A DNA stretch of 53,270 bases, the filler included, from Jimgerdemannia flammicorona (taxonomy: Eukaryota), in the NCBI GenBank assembly GCA_003990765.1. It is 3 parts of 3 records of this genome, joined end to end, with 100 filler letters (N's around TTAATTAATTAA, not from the genome) between each part and the next. Parts side by side here need not be neighbours in the genome. Positions count along the whole stretch, not along the records: positions 1 to 17,693 come from RBNJ01002449.1; 2 more parts are not named here. The stretch is one strand, 5' to 3'. The notes below the pieces were generated by a model that was not told where the DNA came from, searched no databases, and worked only from the letters and a program-made list of their open reading frames with translations. Positions 1 through 11,942 of this stretch are shown here, one piece after another (the first letter of the stretch is position 1; each line of letters begins with the position of its first letter). The position numbers and the translations under genes were made by a program.

Positions 1-10
1 AAAAAAAAAA

Positions 11-960
11 GAGATATAGTTCTCTCCTCATGACATATCTGGTGATCTGCTCTTACTAGTGGTACTAGAGAGGAGCCAGAAGATGTACTATAAGGGATTT
101 TAGTGAGAAGTGGTTGATAGAGCTTAACAAAATTGGTCTCCAGTGATAGGATAATGAGAGGAAGGAGGACTGGAGACCCCAGATATAAAGATGGAACTAT
201 CTTCTATTGGGGGGCACACCAGTGGATAATTTCTATCTAGAGAATAGTATGGAATATCTATGGGAGCATAGGAGAGATTTGTGGCCTAAGACTTAGCAGA
301 GAGTAGAGATCAGTAAGAAGTGGGACTGGAATGGTGTTTGGTCTTAAGGCAAGCAGGTAGTGTGATGAATTCTACCTAAGTTCTGGGTAATGTAGTGGAA
401 GTTCTTATAGTACAATATGATGTTGAACTATAGATCAGGACATTTGGTAGAAGGGAGTGCTCTGGAGTATGAAGAGTACTTTAGTATCAGATAGGAGGGT
501 GGAGTGGTACAGATACCAGAATATTGACTGAGAGAGTACAAGATTATGAAAGACTTTTGAAAGACCATTGAGAATTAGATGGGTGTATATCTATCTGAAA
601 AGATAGTAGGTAAGAGATGGAGTAATCTTCAGAGAAGACTAATAGAAGGGGTTGGAGAGGAGTGATTAACTATAGAGTGAGTTCTGGTTATTTAAATTGG
701 GCTTACTAGACATTAGCTGTATGTGTTTAAGGTCAGCAGTTGGCACTTAGAGTATAAGTTGTGAGTGAGAATGACTATTGTTGGATCTTTTATAGTTAGT
801 AATAGGAGTAGAGACCTGGAGAGGGGCTTTATAGGAAGCTTGTAGAGAAGATTTACAGATAGAGTAGAGAGAGAATTGGATAATAGAGGGAATGGTATAT
901 TTCTAAAGAGATGGGAAGAGGAGGGGAGGGGGGGAGACTCTTTGTGGAATTGGGTGAGGG
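11..960 (-). mobile_element. Highly degenerate LINE ORF1-like remnant
   Basis: CpG-free and stop-riddled. The minus strand near 265-315 reads like a decayed C-x2-C-x4-H-x4-C knuckle (..GHKSLLC..). Boundaries approximate. Confidence 0.35.
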
Positions 961-974
961 GTTTGGATACATAT

Positions 975-3900
975 ATATATATATCTGTATTAATATAACA
1001 TAGATTGAAAGATAATAAAGTAGAAGTCCAAGTGACTATAAAAAATAAAAATAAAAACCCTCCCTAAAGTACATTCTCTAGCTCTCCTTCAGTACTACTA
1101 GAGAGAGCAAATTATCAGAAGTATCTCTAAGAGAGAACCACATCTCCTACACTCTCTATATAAGAGGAACCCATTCTCAATCTCTTAGCTCACTAGCTTG
1201 CTTCAGCTACTATATTCTAAAGTAGTGTAAGTACTTTGTAAAATTTACCAGACTAAGGCTCTCTCAGTCTACTGACAAAGTCAATACCTTCTATCTAATC
1301 TGACTATATTACCCAGCTCAGATCCAGGTCCTAGCTATCTTCAAAAGTCTCTTGACTATCTATACTAGGAAGTCTAGATGATATATATCAGATACTACAA
1401 CTTAGGCAATAAATATATATTCAACATCATTACTCTCTCTACTAGAGATATATATATACTGGTCTCTTCAGCTCAGAAGAGTATTCTCCCACTCTATCAG
1501 TTACTACTCCTACTATATCTGAGATAACAAAGAGCCATATACTGAGAAATAGATTTCTAGATAGTGAACTATCTCTCTTACTGGAACAATTGTTCTGATC
1601 ACATCTCTATTCATAATACTATCTTCTAATATAAGTATCTCATACTTGTACCAGTTAAGTTTTGTCTCTAAACACTCTTTATATTATTCCACTACTCTCT
1701 TCAGCCCTATTATATCCTCTACAGAGCTCAGTCCAATCACTATATCATCAGCAAAGGCTCTAACCTTCCAATTTACTCTAAGAATGTTCAACTCCCCCAC
1801 TCTGTACAGAATTCTGTCCAACAAAGGCTCTAAGGAGAGGATATAAAGGATTAGTAATAGCAGATTACCCTACAGTACTTCTCTATCTAGGAGGAATGAA
1901 ACTCTCTATATCTATTCACCAGAATAGCTATCTGACTCTCCTTCAACAGACTAACTAAGAACTACTGGAATTCTGAGGAAACTCCAATATACTTCAGTAC
2001 TCTCTCTAGCCATACTCACTAGACCCTATTATAAGCCTTTTTCTGGTTCAGAAATATCAGGCAACCATCCACCCCTGTAGCTCATGCTCTCTCAATAACT
2101 TTATATACCCAAGCTGTCCCATCTAGTGCTCTCAAACAAATGATTTGAATCAAATTAATTCAATTTGATTTGAACATTATTTTGATTTCCAAATTAGACT
2201 ATAAATGTTTTTCTCAATAACTTCACGAGATTTTATCTGATTTTGATATAACTAGTGTCATTGGAAAGCTCTCTATAATGGCCTTCCAATGATATCAAAA
2301 GTATCAGAATTGGATAAAATCTCATGAAGTTATTGAGAAATATGTTTATAGTCTAATTTGGAAATCAAAATAATGTTTAAATTGAATTGAATCAATTCAA
2401 TTCAAATACCATATATATCTACTTCAAATTAATTTGAATCATTTGTTTAGAGCACTAGTCTCATATCTGATTAAATAGCTACCAACAAAGTCCCTCTGCT
2501 CTTCCCCCAGTATCTGCTGAGCTACTCTCTACAGCCTGATTACTAATATCTTTATAACCAACTTACAATCCATATCCAGAAGCATGATCAGCCTTCAGTT
2601 CTTCTACTCCTTTCTTCTCTCTTTATCCTTATACAACAGAACCACAAGTCCCAAATACTGTCCCCTAATCCAATCTCTGGAGCTAATAACTTTATTATAC
2701 ATCTATATCATCTTCTCCAATACTATCTCAATCTCTGACATTCTCTTTCAGAAATCTCAAAACAAGTCATCTTTCTCAGAGACTATCTCAGAACTTGTTG
2801 TCACCAATATCTGAAGAATTTCCTCTCCTCAGACTGATACTCCAAGCTTGTCTAGGCCCTTTGCTAGATCTGGATACCAATTCTCCAGATGTCTCTCAAT
2901 GGTCAGTACATCCTATCCACTCTCCTCCTTACTCTATAATAGTCTCCAATACTTGCTCAACTAGTCCAAGATCCTCTGAGTCTCCACTACTATCTCTTCT
3001 GATATATCTAATACTCTATCTTATCACTATCTCATCTTCTTCACCTGAAGGAGTCTTGACAAAAACTTTATAGGCTATTTCTCCTCTTCTAAGCTCTACT
3101 ACTATAGCTGAGTCACTATACCCTTTACCTACAAGTTCTCCTCCTATCTCAGTAGTCTCTGTACTTCTACTATCTCAAGTCTGATATACTGAGCTTTCCA
3201 ATTTTCCCCCTTCTTATCCTTCAGTAATCCAGCTCATTCCATCAATAGCTTCTCTAACTAATAGGAAGCCCACCTCATATAGTACCTCTTCTGAGTACCT
3301 CTCTCTCTCCCAGCCTCTCTCCAGAACTATTAAGTCTCAGACTTTAACCTTTACTATTGATTCTCAATAGCAAGCTCTTCTGCCTACTAACCAAAGACCC
3401 TAAAGTTGATGTCCACTATTTAGATATTCTATAAAGAGGTTGGAAGTATTTAGATACTAATATTCAGGTCTCTCCCCACTTCTTCCAAATCTTTTACCTC
3501 TTAGAAGACCTCAATGATCAGACTATAGATACCATACTGTCTTCAATAATTCCTAGATATTACTTCTCCAAAACTCAGTAGTTAGGATCCAGTCAATTCT
3601 CAAGCTAAACTCAGTTATCTAATAAGTATATATCTAGTGATCTCCCCACTCTTATCAGCCTGTATCTATCAGAGAGCTCAATATTTTAATTTTCTCTCCA
3701 TCTTCTATCCTTTGACTCCTTTCTGATAGCCCTCCCCCATCATCAGTCATGTCTAATCTCTCATCCTAAACTATATTAAAGTCTCCACCCAAGTAGTCAA
3801 TCTCTGCCTCTACTAGAGTATCTAAATCCTACAATTCTCTTATCCACTCTAAGTAGATCTCTCTTTCTGCTGGACAGTAGTAAGATTCAACACTTACTGG

Positions 3901-6130
3901 GCCCCAGCCTGGCCTCTGCTATACTCTCTACACTACTCTATCTTTTCAATGTTCAATGTTCTCAATGTCTCTCTTTTTTTTCTAAACCAAAATATCTACT
4001 TAGTTCCTCTATATAGTTACATTCCCCCATTCTTTTGTCCAGTCTAACATATCTAAGTTTTCCTCATATTTTATATTCTGCAGTAAGAATAAATCAGCAT
4101 TCAGTCTTTTCAGCTAGCAGAAAATATTCTAATATCTCACTATCTCCTATAATTTATTAATATTTAGAGAGAAGATTCTAGTTATACTATTCATATTGAA
4201 TAATGTTTGAAAATAAACTATCTGCTCTACAATTCTATACTCACTATATTACTAGTTATATCTAAGTTTCTTTCAGCCTCAAGTTCTTTCATCTCACTCT
4301 GCTGAGCATCCAGAGCTACTAATATCTCCTAATAGTTCTCTCTATCCTGTACTTCTATAGATGCTATATATTCCTCACATACTACTTACTACTTTACCAG
4401 TCCCTTCCTTGGGCTCTACAGATAAGCTATATGATTATTTACAATTGTCAGAAGTACTACCTCTCTATCATCATTCACTTCATACTCCTCTGTCTCTAGT
4501 AAAGTTACCATCAACTCATTTTAGAGTTTTCACACCACCTCTACTCTAAATTAGATAGTACTCTAGTATATCTTACTAATAATATGAAAATCTACCTCTC
4601 TTAACTCATTAGCTATAATATGTATTTATCAATACCTTCTATAATTATTTCTTATCTCCAATAGTCTCCTCTACTCTCAGAGCCACCTTCTGCCCCTCTA
4701 CTCTCTGACCCCTATCAGTATTTGCCCTTACTGACTCATCCTAATCTTCCTCTAGTATATTCTACAGCTCATCAGCCTCTTTTCTCTCTGTAAGGACTCT
4801 ATACTGAACTAGAACTCTCTCTGCCATCACCACATCTTCTGCTATCTTATTTTGCCCCTAAATCTCACCCTCTCTCAGAGCCTTCTCCTGAGCTATTCTC
4901 TCCTCTCCTGTTTAGATACTAGCTTATGAACTAACTCACTCAGTAGTATCTACCCCCTCTGCACCTCTATCTAAATTTGCTAACAAATCTTTCTATCACT
5001 ACCTTCCTTAAACTCTTTTTCAAGCAGCCCAGTTCAGTTGCACTTTCTTACTATTAACAATCTTCACTATTGTCCTCATCTCAAACTCCTTCTAGGCCAG
5101 TCTCCTTCTCTTAACTATACTAGTCAAATCTTCTAATATCTCTAGCAAGTTTCTCTCCTCTTCAGGTGTCCCCTTCACTCTTGAAATCTTATACTCTACT
5201 AGGCTCCACTTTAGTACCACTGACCAGTCTCTTTCTTTTTCAATATTCTTCTTTTCTATCAGCCTTATCTAGATATTTATATCTTCTATCCTGAACTCCA
5301 TATTCTTTTAGACTCAGAAGCTAATATTTATAATATTTCTATACTCTTTGATAGTATTTACAATTAATCTTCTGACCTCCTCCTTCTTCACTATTAGTTC
5401 ATTAGCTACTATTAGCTGAACTACTTGAGAGTCTTAGTATAAGTATATATCTAGTTATAGAGATCACTACTCTCTTAACTACCATCTCTTTCTTCAATAC
5501 TCTCAGCATCAAATTCTCCTTCTCAAAGCTCATCTTCACTCTTTTCAGCCCCTTCAAGAACTTCACTGAGACCACTCTCTTTATCTCCTGAGCTAGAAGT
5601 CCTAGAACTATTTTTACCATAACTACTAAGCTCCAGAAGTACAAAGTAATAGCAAATTTGAATACTAATTTCTTGAGTAATAGTGCTGCCACCAGTTCTA
5701 TTATACTATCAGCTAAGTTTCTGGACCTCATATTACCCCTCTGCTTAGATCTACCATTAGCTATTATATCTGGATTTTTTTTTCCAGATTAGCAGTCTTC
5801 TCTCTATCAGTAGTCCTCCTCTCTCTTCCAGCTACTACTCTCATCCCTATTACTACTATCACCCAAAACCACTTCTCTAGACTCTATAACTCTCATCTTC
5901 TTCTTATCTTTCTATAGCCATTCATCTAAGCCAGTTGATAGATGGCTAGCCTTGACCTTATTAGTAAAGCTTACTCTCTCAACCTCTTGTCTATTAGTAC
6001 TACTATTTTTACTTCTATATTTATCTAAAAGAGAGTCCAACAGACTCTCTCCCAAGCCATGACTCCTTCCTACATATTATTAGTCAAATATACTAGGGCT
6101 GCTCTGCTCAGTATACCTCTTTGATTACTT
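975..6130 (-). mobile_element. Degenerate L1/Tx1-like LINE (ORF1 + APE endonuclease + partly deleted RT), copy A
   Basis: Minus-strand translation gives an ORF1 segment (5402-5731) homologous to 8230-8412 and 34368-34955. APE motifs: 'LKRLNADLFLLQ' (~4070-4120), 'RIDWILTTE' (~3575-3605), 'SDH' (~3515). RT remnants: 'LENWYP' (~2875-2895), 'QYLGL' (~2650-2665). Many stops; ends approximate. Confidence 0.7.
2124..2457. mobile_element. Palindromic MITE, probably hAT superfamily, inserted in LINE copy A
   Basis: Termini TAGTGCTCTCAAACAAATGATT...AATCATTTGTTTAGAGCACTA are inverted repeats. Flanked by an imperfect 8-bp direct repeat GTCCCATC (2116-2123) / GTCTCATA (2458-2465). The interior is almost entirely self-complementary. 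Confidence 0.75.
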
Positions 6131-6239
6131 ATCAGTTATTATATTACTATTATCTTTTCTCTAAAAACTATACTGTAAATGTTACTAGAAGTTTATATTA
6201 TCTAAATAGTATTAGAGAAAGATCTTTCAAGATCTAAAC

Positions 6240-8890
6240 ATTCAGCCCTCAGCAATCTATCATCAGAATCCAGTCTATCAATATATATAGATTCTTCTAT
6301 CACTTTATACTATTTTGTCAATATCTATCAGAGAACTTAACTACTTTACTTCTTTTTAACTATCTAGACCCCTACTGTGACTAATAATATTCCTCCCTCT
6401 ATCAGTCCTGTCTATCAGTATATTATGTACTCTCTCAGTATATCTATACTAGCTTTAGCTAGGGCTCTATACTCCAGAAACTCATCTAGTTACTCTACTT
6501 AATCACTTTTTACAGTAGAGCAATAGTAAGAGCCTACTACTACTGGATTCTACCCTAGTCTTCACCACTCTCTCTATATTAAGTAGTCTCTCTATCTCCT
6601 AATCTCATACAATTCCTCTTTACCTTTCTATATAAGAATCTCTACCTTATCTCTCTAAACTACCTCACTACTCCATTCTCTTATCTATATCTATATATTT
6701 AATTCCTCCTTATAGTATATATTCTATATCAGAAAAAGATCTGTCTCTAAGTTCTTCAGCTAGATAAAAATATTTTAATATATATCTCACAGAGCCTCTC
6801 AGACTATTCACATTCAGCAAGAAAATATTAATTGTACTATTTATAAAAAAGTAGTAATATCTTATAGTGTTTTATCCTTCTCACAATTCTATACTCATTT
6901 CCTCTCTAGTTATATCTAGATTATATTCTGTATTTACTTCTATATTCTCATTCTTCTTAGTATCTAATTCAGTCAGTATCTCTATAATCTTCTCATTATC
7001 TCTAATCTTTATCAATTCCTTATACTTCTTATATACTATCTGCTAGAGTGTCAATTTATTTCTCTGCCTTTATCAGAAAATAGTATACTCCTCAGTAACT
7101 ACTACCAAATTTATCTCTCTTTCCACATTAACCTCATAGCTCTTAGCCTCCAATATTATAGCTAGAATATCAGACTTCAGTCTCTCTATTACTCTCTCAC
7201 TACTCAATACTCTTTCTCAGGGTTTCTTACTAACAATATGCAGATCTATCTATCTTAGCTCATCTGTACTTTATTACTAAAAACATCCAGTAAGTATCTT
7301 CTAGACTTCATCTACCTGGAGTTACTAGTCTCCTTCTCTTCTCTAAAGCAGCTCTAGTACTAGTACTAGCAGACTTATTCTACTCCTCCTCCAGAATATC
7401 AAGCAACTTACTCTCCTCTATCTTAACTATCTGCTCTCTTTTTTTTATATCTAGTATCCCAAACCTGACTCTATATATGTCTTTTATTACTATATTCTCT
7501 ATAGTACTCTCTTTCTAAATATCTGCCTATACTGAAGGGTCTACCTTTCTTTCCATCTTATCTCTCTCAACTCAGTTTATTTTCACTTCTTTTACTTTCT
7601 CTCTAACTTTACTCTTCAGCCTCTCTTCCAAACTGATCAGTAGATCCTGTTGTCTCTTTCTTCTCTATACTTTCTCCCATACTGTCTTATCTAACTATAC
7701 TCTCTTATCATTTACTACTTCTATATAATATATTACTATTAGAAAGGTCTGCTATATCACTATATAATATTCTATTACTCTACTGAGTTTCTTCAGAGTC
7801 TTCAGCAGATCCTTCTTCTCCTTCTTACTCCTTTTTACCCTTATTATCTTACAAATAAAGAAGTCTTATATTAGTATTAAAGATCAGTCTCTAGTCTTCC
7901 TAGTGGTCTCTTTTCTAGTAAGCTGAAGTCTTATATCTATATTCTCTATTCTAAATAAAGTTCTCTCTTATATTTAGAATTCAATATCTACTATCTTATT
8001 ATACTTCTTTATTATCTTCTCTACTCTCCTTCTTATCTCAATAGTTGTTACTATCAGGACTTCTTTCACTAAGAGCTATATTACTCTCAGATTTTACTTC
8101 AGATATCTTAATATTGATACCATTACCTTGTCCTTATTTCATAGTCTTTTCTAAAGATCTCTCTTTCTTAAATCTCATCTCAACTCTCTCTAGCTTATAT
8201 AGAAACTTCACTGAGACAATACTAGTTAGCTAATTCATCAATAAGCCCAAAATCATCCTGGCAGTTACTATAAGTCTCTGGAAACATAATGTGACTACTA
8301 ATTCTAAAATTGACTTCTTGAGTAATAGAGTTACTACCAGTTCTATCACACTATCAGTTAGGTCTCTCTGCTTCATATATCTTAGCTGCTCAGTTCTATC
8401 ATCATCCATCACATCTGGATTTTTTTTCCAGATCCACTACTATCTTACTATCAGCAGTTATACCCAGATCCCCACTATCACTCCTCTAGCCCCCATATCT
8501 CCTCCACCAGACAGTGCTCCTCTAGTCCTTCCAGTATTCATCTTTCTCTTCTCATTCTTCTGTCCTTCACCAGTGCCCCCAGACCAGTCACCAGCCTTCA
8601 CCTTGTCTGCAAAGCTCATCTGCCCAGACTCTCTGCCAACTGAGCTAGGCTGCTGACTCTCTCCAACTCCCCCCTGACCACCAGCACCACCAAAAAGCCC
8701 ATCCCTATGCTATAGCCTCTCTCTACATACTGCCATCCAAACACCCTAGGTCCACCAGACCCAGTATGCCTATCAGATCTTCTATTCATCAACATATTGA
8801 TGATACCTTTCTCCAATAAACTGCACAAAAATGCATTGTGAGTTTTCATATAACGTGAATGGTAGCGGAGAGAGATGTTGATGCCTGGTG
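6240..8890 (-). mobile_element. Degenerate LINE copy B (5' end, ORF1, start of APE endonuclease; 3' part missing)
   Basis: ORF1 segment 8230-8412 matches 5402-5731 and 34368-34580. APE N-terminal motif 'LLNVNSLRG' at ~6795-6825, followed by 'LKNLETDLFLI'. The 5' end (8760-8890) aligns with 33975-34105 in reverse complement. Confidence 0.65.
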
Positions 8891-9103
8891 CGTACATTAA
8901 TGGTCAGCGGCATTACCGACACTGTGAAAAGACAATACAGACACCATTGCTCTTGTATGTTTCCAGTGAAAGGAATGCACCACAAATGACCACAAAGGAA
9001 ACCAGAGGTCCACGGCGGTCATTGCTTTATTGCTCAATAAACAACAAATAATTTATACAACACAACAAATAACAACCAAATACGCTAGCAAGCACCTAAG
9101 TGT

Positions 9104-10109
9104 TCACGCATGTTCGAACCTTCTAATCATAGATTTCATTGTCCGGATCCCATTCGGTTTTGAACCCCTCAACATACTCCTCCTTATCAGTCTGGCTTTC
9201 ACAAACGACTTGATCGATTCATCGACGAGGACCTTGCGGCAGCGCTTTCCGACATGAAATTTGTGTATATAGCGAATGCTAGTAGCCATCGTGATAAGGA
9301 GATTAAGGCACTGTAGCTTTACATCGGCACCACAGAGGTCCAATGCTTGAATCTGTTCCTCTTCAATTAGGCGCCAAATAGTAAGTTCGTCAACGTACTT
9401 GGCGTTACAAAGTCCAAGAGAAACGAGATTTGGGTATATATTTTTTTGGTGTATTGCAAAAGATCGCACCACGAATCTCCGTTAGCGAAGTCGGGAAAGC
9501 AGAAACCCAGTGTAATTAAGGCGGGTAAAGCGTCAGCGAGCAGACGAATAAATGGGGGTAAGATATTGATGTGCTGTCCAAGTATAATCTTCGTGCACGT
9601 TGTGATGTGCGAGGAACACCCGGAATTCGTCGTAAAGTCGCGAAATTGACATCGCTTTGAAACGGGAAATGAGGAGTCGTATCCGTGAAGAACTGCATGA
9701 GTATCGCCCATTCCTTGCAAACCACTGCAACATGATCATTTCCCCAGTCAAAACGTCAGGAGGAAGGCGACGAATGTAGGGCTGCTGAGGGGGCTCGTAA
9801 TCTTGCTGTAACTGAAACTGCTTGCTGCTTACGGCGTACACTATTTGGCATTACTAATAGATGAGTAGAGAAATGTTACAGCTCCTCAAACCAATCAGAA
9901 TTTATTATGATGTCACAGTTTTTTTTTCTAACCAAGCCAGAAGTATTTCGTACCTTTGCGTCGGAGCAGGGATACCAAATCGCCTTTGGCAATTTCTCGA
10001 ATTGGTCGCTCAATTTTCTCTGCGCGGAATGCAAAAGAGATTCGTGGCTGGGTGAGGACATTGTCTTCAGTGGCGTCAGATGGGTACTGTGATCATTTTG
10101 GAAGTCCAA
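9104..10109 (-). pseudogene. Frameshifted F-box / leucine-rich-repeat (RNI-like) gene
   Basis: F-box-like 'IRRLPPDVL' and 'VCKEWAIL' lie in different frames. LRR-like pieces 'RRLYLDSTSIS', 'LPALITLGF', 'PNLVSLGLCNA', 'IQALDLCG' are spread over further frames. Probable intron ~9842-9952. Confidence 0.6.
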
Positions 10110-10485
10110 CTTTTATAAGGGATCTGGGATGGATGGCATTGTCGCCAAGGAATTATGTGAGTATTGGCCCCATAATACCGCTTTTTTTTTGGTTTTTTTT
10201 TGCTAACCCCGGTCTGGGCTGCCATCAAGCCCAGCCAAAACAGGTTCTCCTTTATGTCATTGTTGCAATTGTTGCGGTCGGTCTTTTAAAATTGCATCAC
10301 TTATTGTCACTGGCGCCAACGTTAGTAAGGCACGTGTTTAATATTACCGACACGCGCCATTTTATTCTAACCTCTTACAATCGGACCCTTCCTTCACCAG
10401 GTCTTGGCCCGCTATTTCGCTGCGAACCATGCACACGTAATCCTCGCGTGCCGCAACCCAAAACCGGGATCTAAAATATGCCTAG

Positions 10486-10834
10486 GTTAGTTCTATAGAT
10501 CTTTTGATGAATTATTCTTATAAACAACAAATGCTAACTGGGATGCATTTTTTACAGGATAAGTACCGCACAGACGTCGAACCCAGCGTTGTCATAGGTG
10601 AGGATTGCCGACCTAACCAACAGGAGTGAGCTTGACATCCCTGACGACTATTTTTATGCTTTGCGGCAAGATTTAGTTTCTCATCTTGACATCAAGCTCT
10701 CACAATCCAGGAGCATGGCAGGGTGGTCGGGTGCGCATACAAATACGGACCGGTGGCCGGGCACGGATCGTGAGATCCTTTTTCCCCCAAACAAACAAGG
10801 ATGCCCTGGTGTGCGTATACGTTCGGGGTTGTAG
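10486..10834 (+). other. Possible spliced gene fragment of unknown product
   Basis: Canonical-looking intron GTTAGT...GCTAAC...TTTTACAG (10486-10557) followed by a short GC-balanced ORF (10598-10834). No family recognised. Confidence 0.25.
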
Positions 10835-11574
10835 AGATGGTGGATCAACCAGCCTCTGAAGAGCTGCGTGTAGAGTGCTATCAGGCTATGATCTGGGGAG
10901 ATGTGCGGGGGGGATGGTGAGGATTGGTTGGTGTGATGACTGAAGCAAAAGTTTTGTGAGGTGTCTTGAAATGATCGTACAAACCCTAGCCAGAAGCACG
11001 CGAAGCGGGCAATGTAGACGTTGGGTTTGCGATGGAATGAAAGAGAGGATCTTCAATGACCGGGATGCGAGACAAGGCAGCCCAATCGATTATGTAGCAG
11101 CGCCATGGCATTACCCATACCTAATGCAGATGCCCTGGGCGGCGAACATAAACACGACTATAACGAAAACGCCTTCAACATATCATGCGTAATAATTGTC
11201 ATAAGTCTTACAACCGGACCCGCCCCGCCGCGCCGATTTAAAACTGATCTATTTGAATTTATTTAAATTGTTAATAAAATTATAATTATAAAGTGATTAT
11301 TAAATTATTGTACTATTAAAATATATTATATCTCTTTTACTATTTTATATCTATTATAAAGATAAGTAAAATAAAATAAAATAAAAAATTATAAACTATA
11401 AACTATATTTATAATAAAAATAAAAAATTATAAACTATAAACTATATTTATAATAAAAATAAATAAATATATATATTTTTTAACTTCTATGGCAGTCAAT
11501 AGGATAAGTGAGTTAGCATCTGTATTGTATTTATGCTATCTTTACATCTGTTCTATATTATATCATATAATCTC

Positions 11575-11942
11575 TAGTACTCTGAAAGGCTGAACGGAAT
11601 GGGACGGAACGAGACGTATCCCGTCTCATTCTGTCCCGTCCCGGGGACACTGCCATCACAAGATTGTGAAAATCGTCCCCTTTTTAAGACGACTGACGAT
11701 CTGCAAGGCGAACGTTGCCATGGGAGACATTCTGCAAGGCAGGTGATCTGCAAACGGCGACGATCAAAAAGGCAATGATTTGCTAAAAGGCGGTGATTGT
11801 GCACAAAAAGGCGATGACTTACATTTGACAGAGGCAATGATGCATAATGCAAGATCACGTGCCAGACCGCACAATCTCACGATTGGGACCGAGAACAGAC
11901 CGGGAGACCAGAGATTGGAACGTCGGAACGCTCAGAACTTTA
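11575..11942. mobile_element. Putative GC-rich MITE-like insertion in AT-rich DNA
   Basis: Abrupt GC/CpG-rich island in very AT-rich flanks; 16-bp hairpin at 11601-11637; degenerate AAGGCG/CTGCAAGGC repeats; only weak terminal complementarity. Confidence 0.35.
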
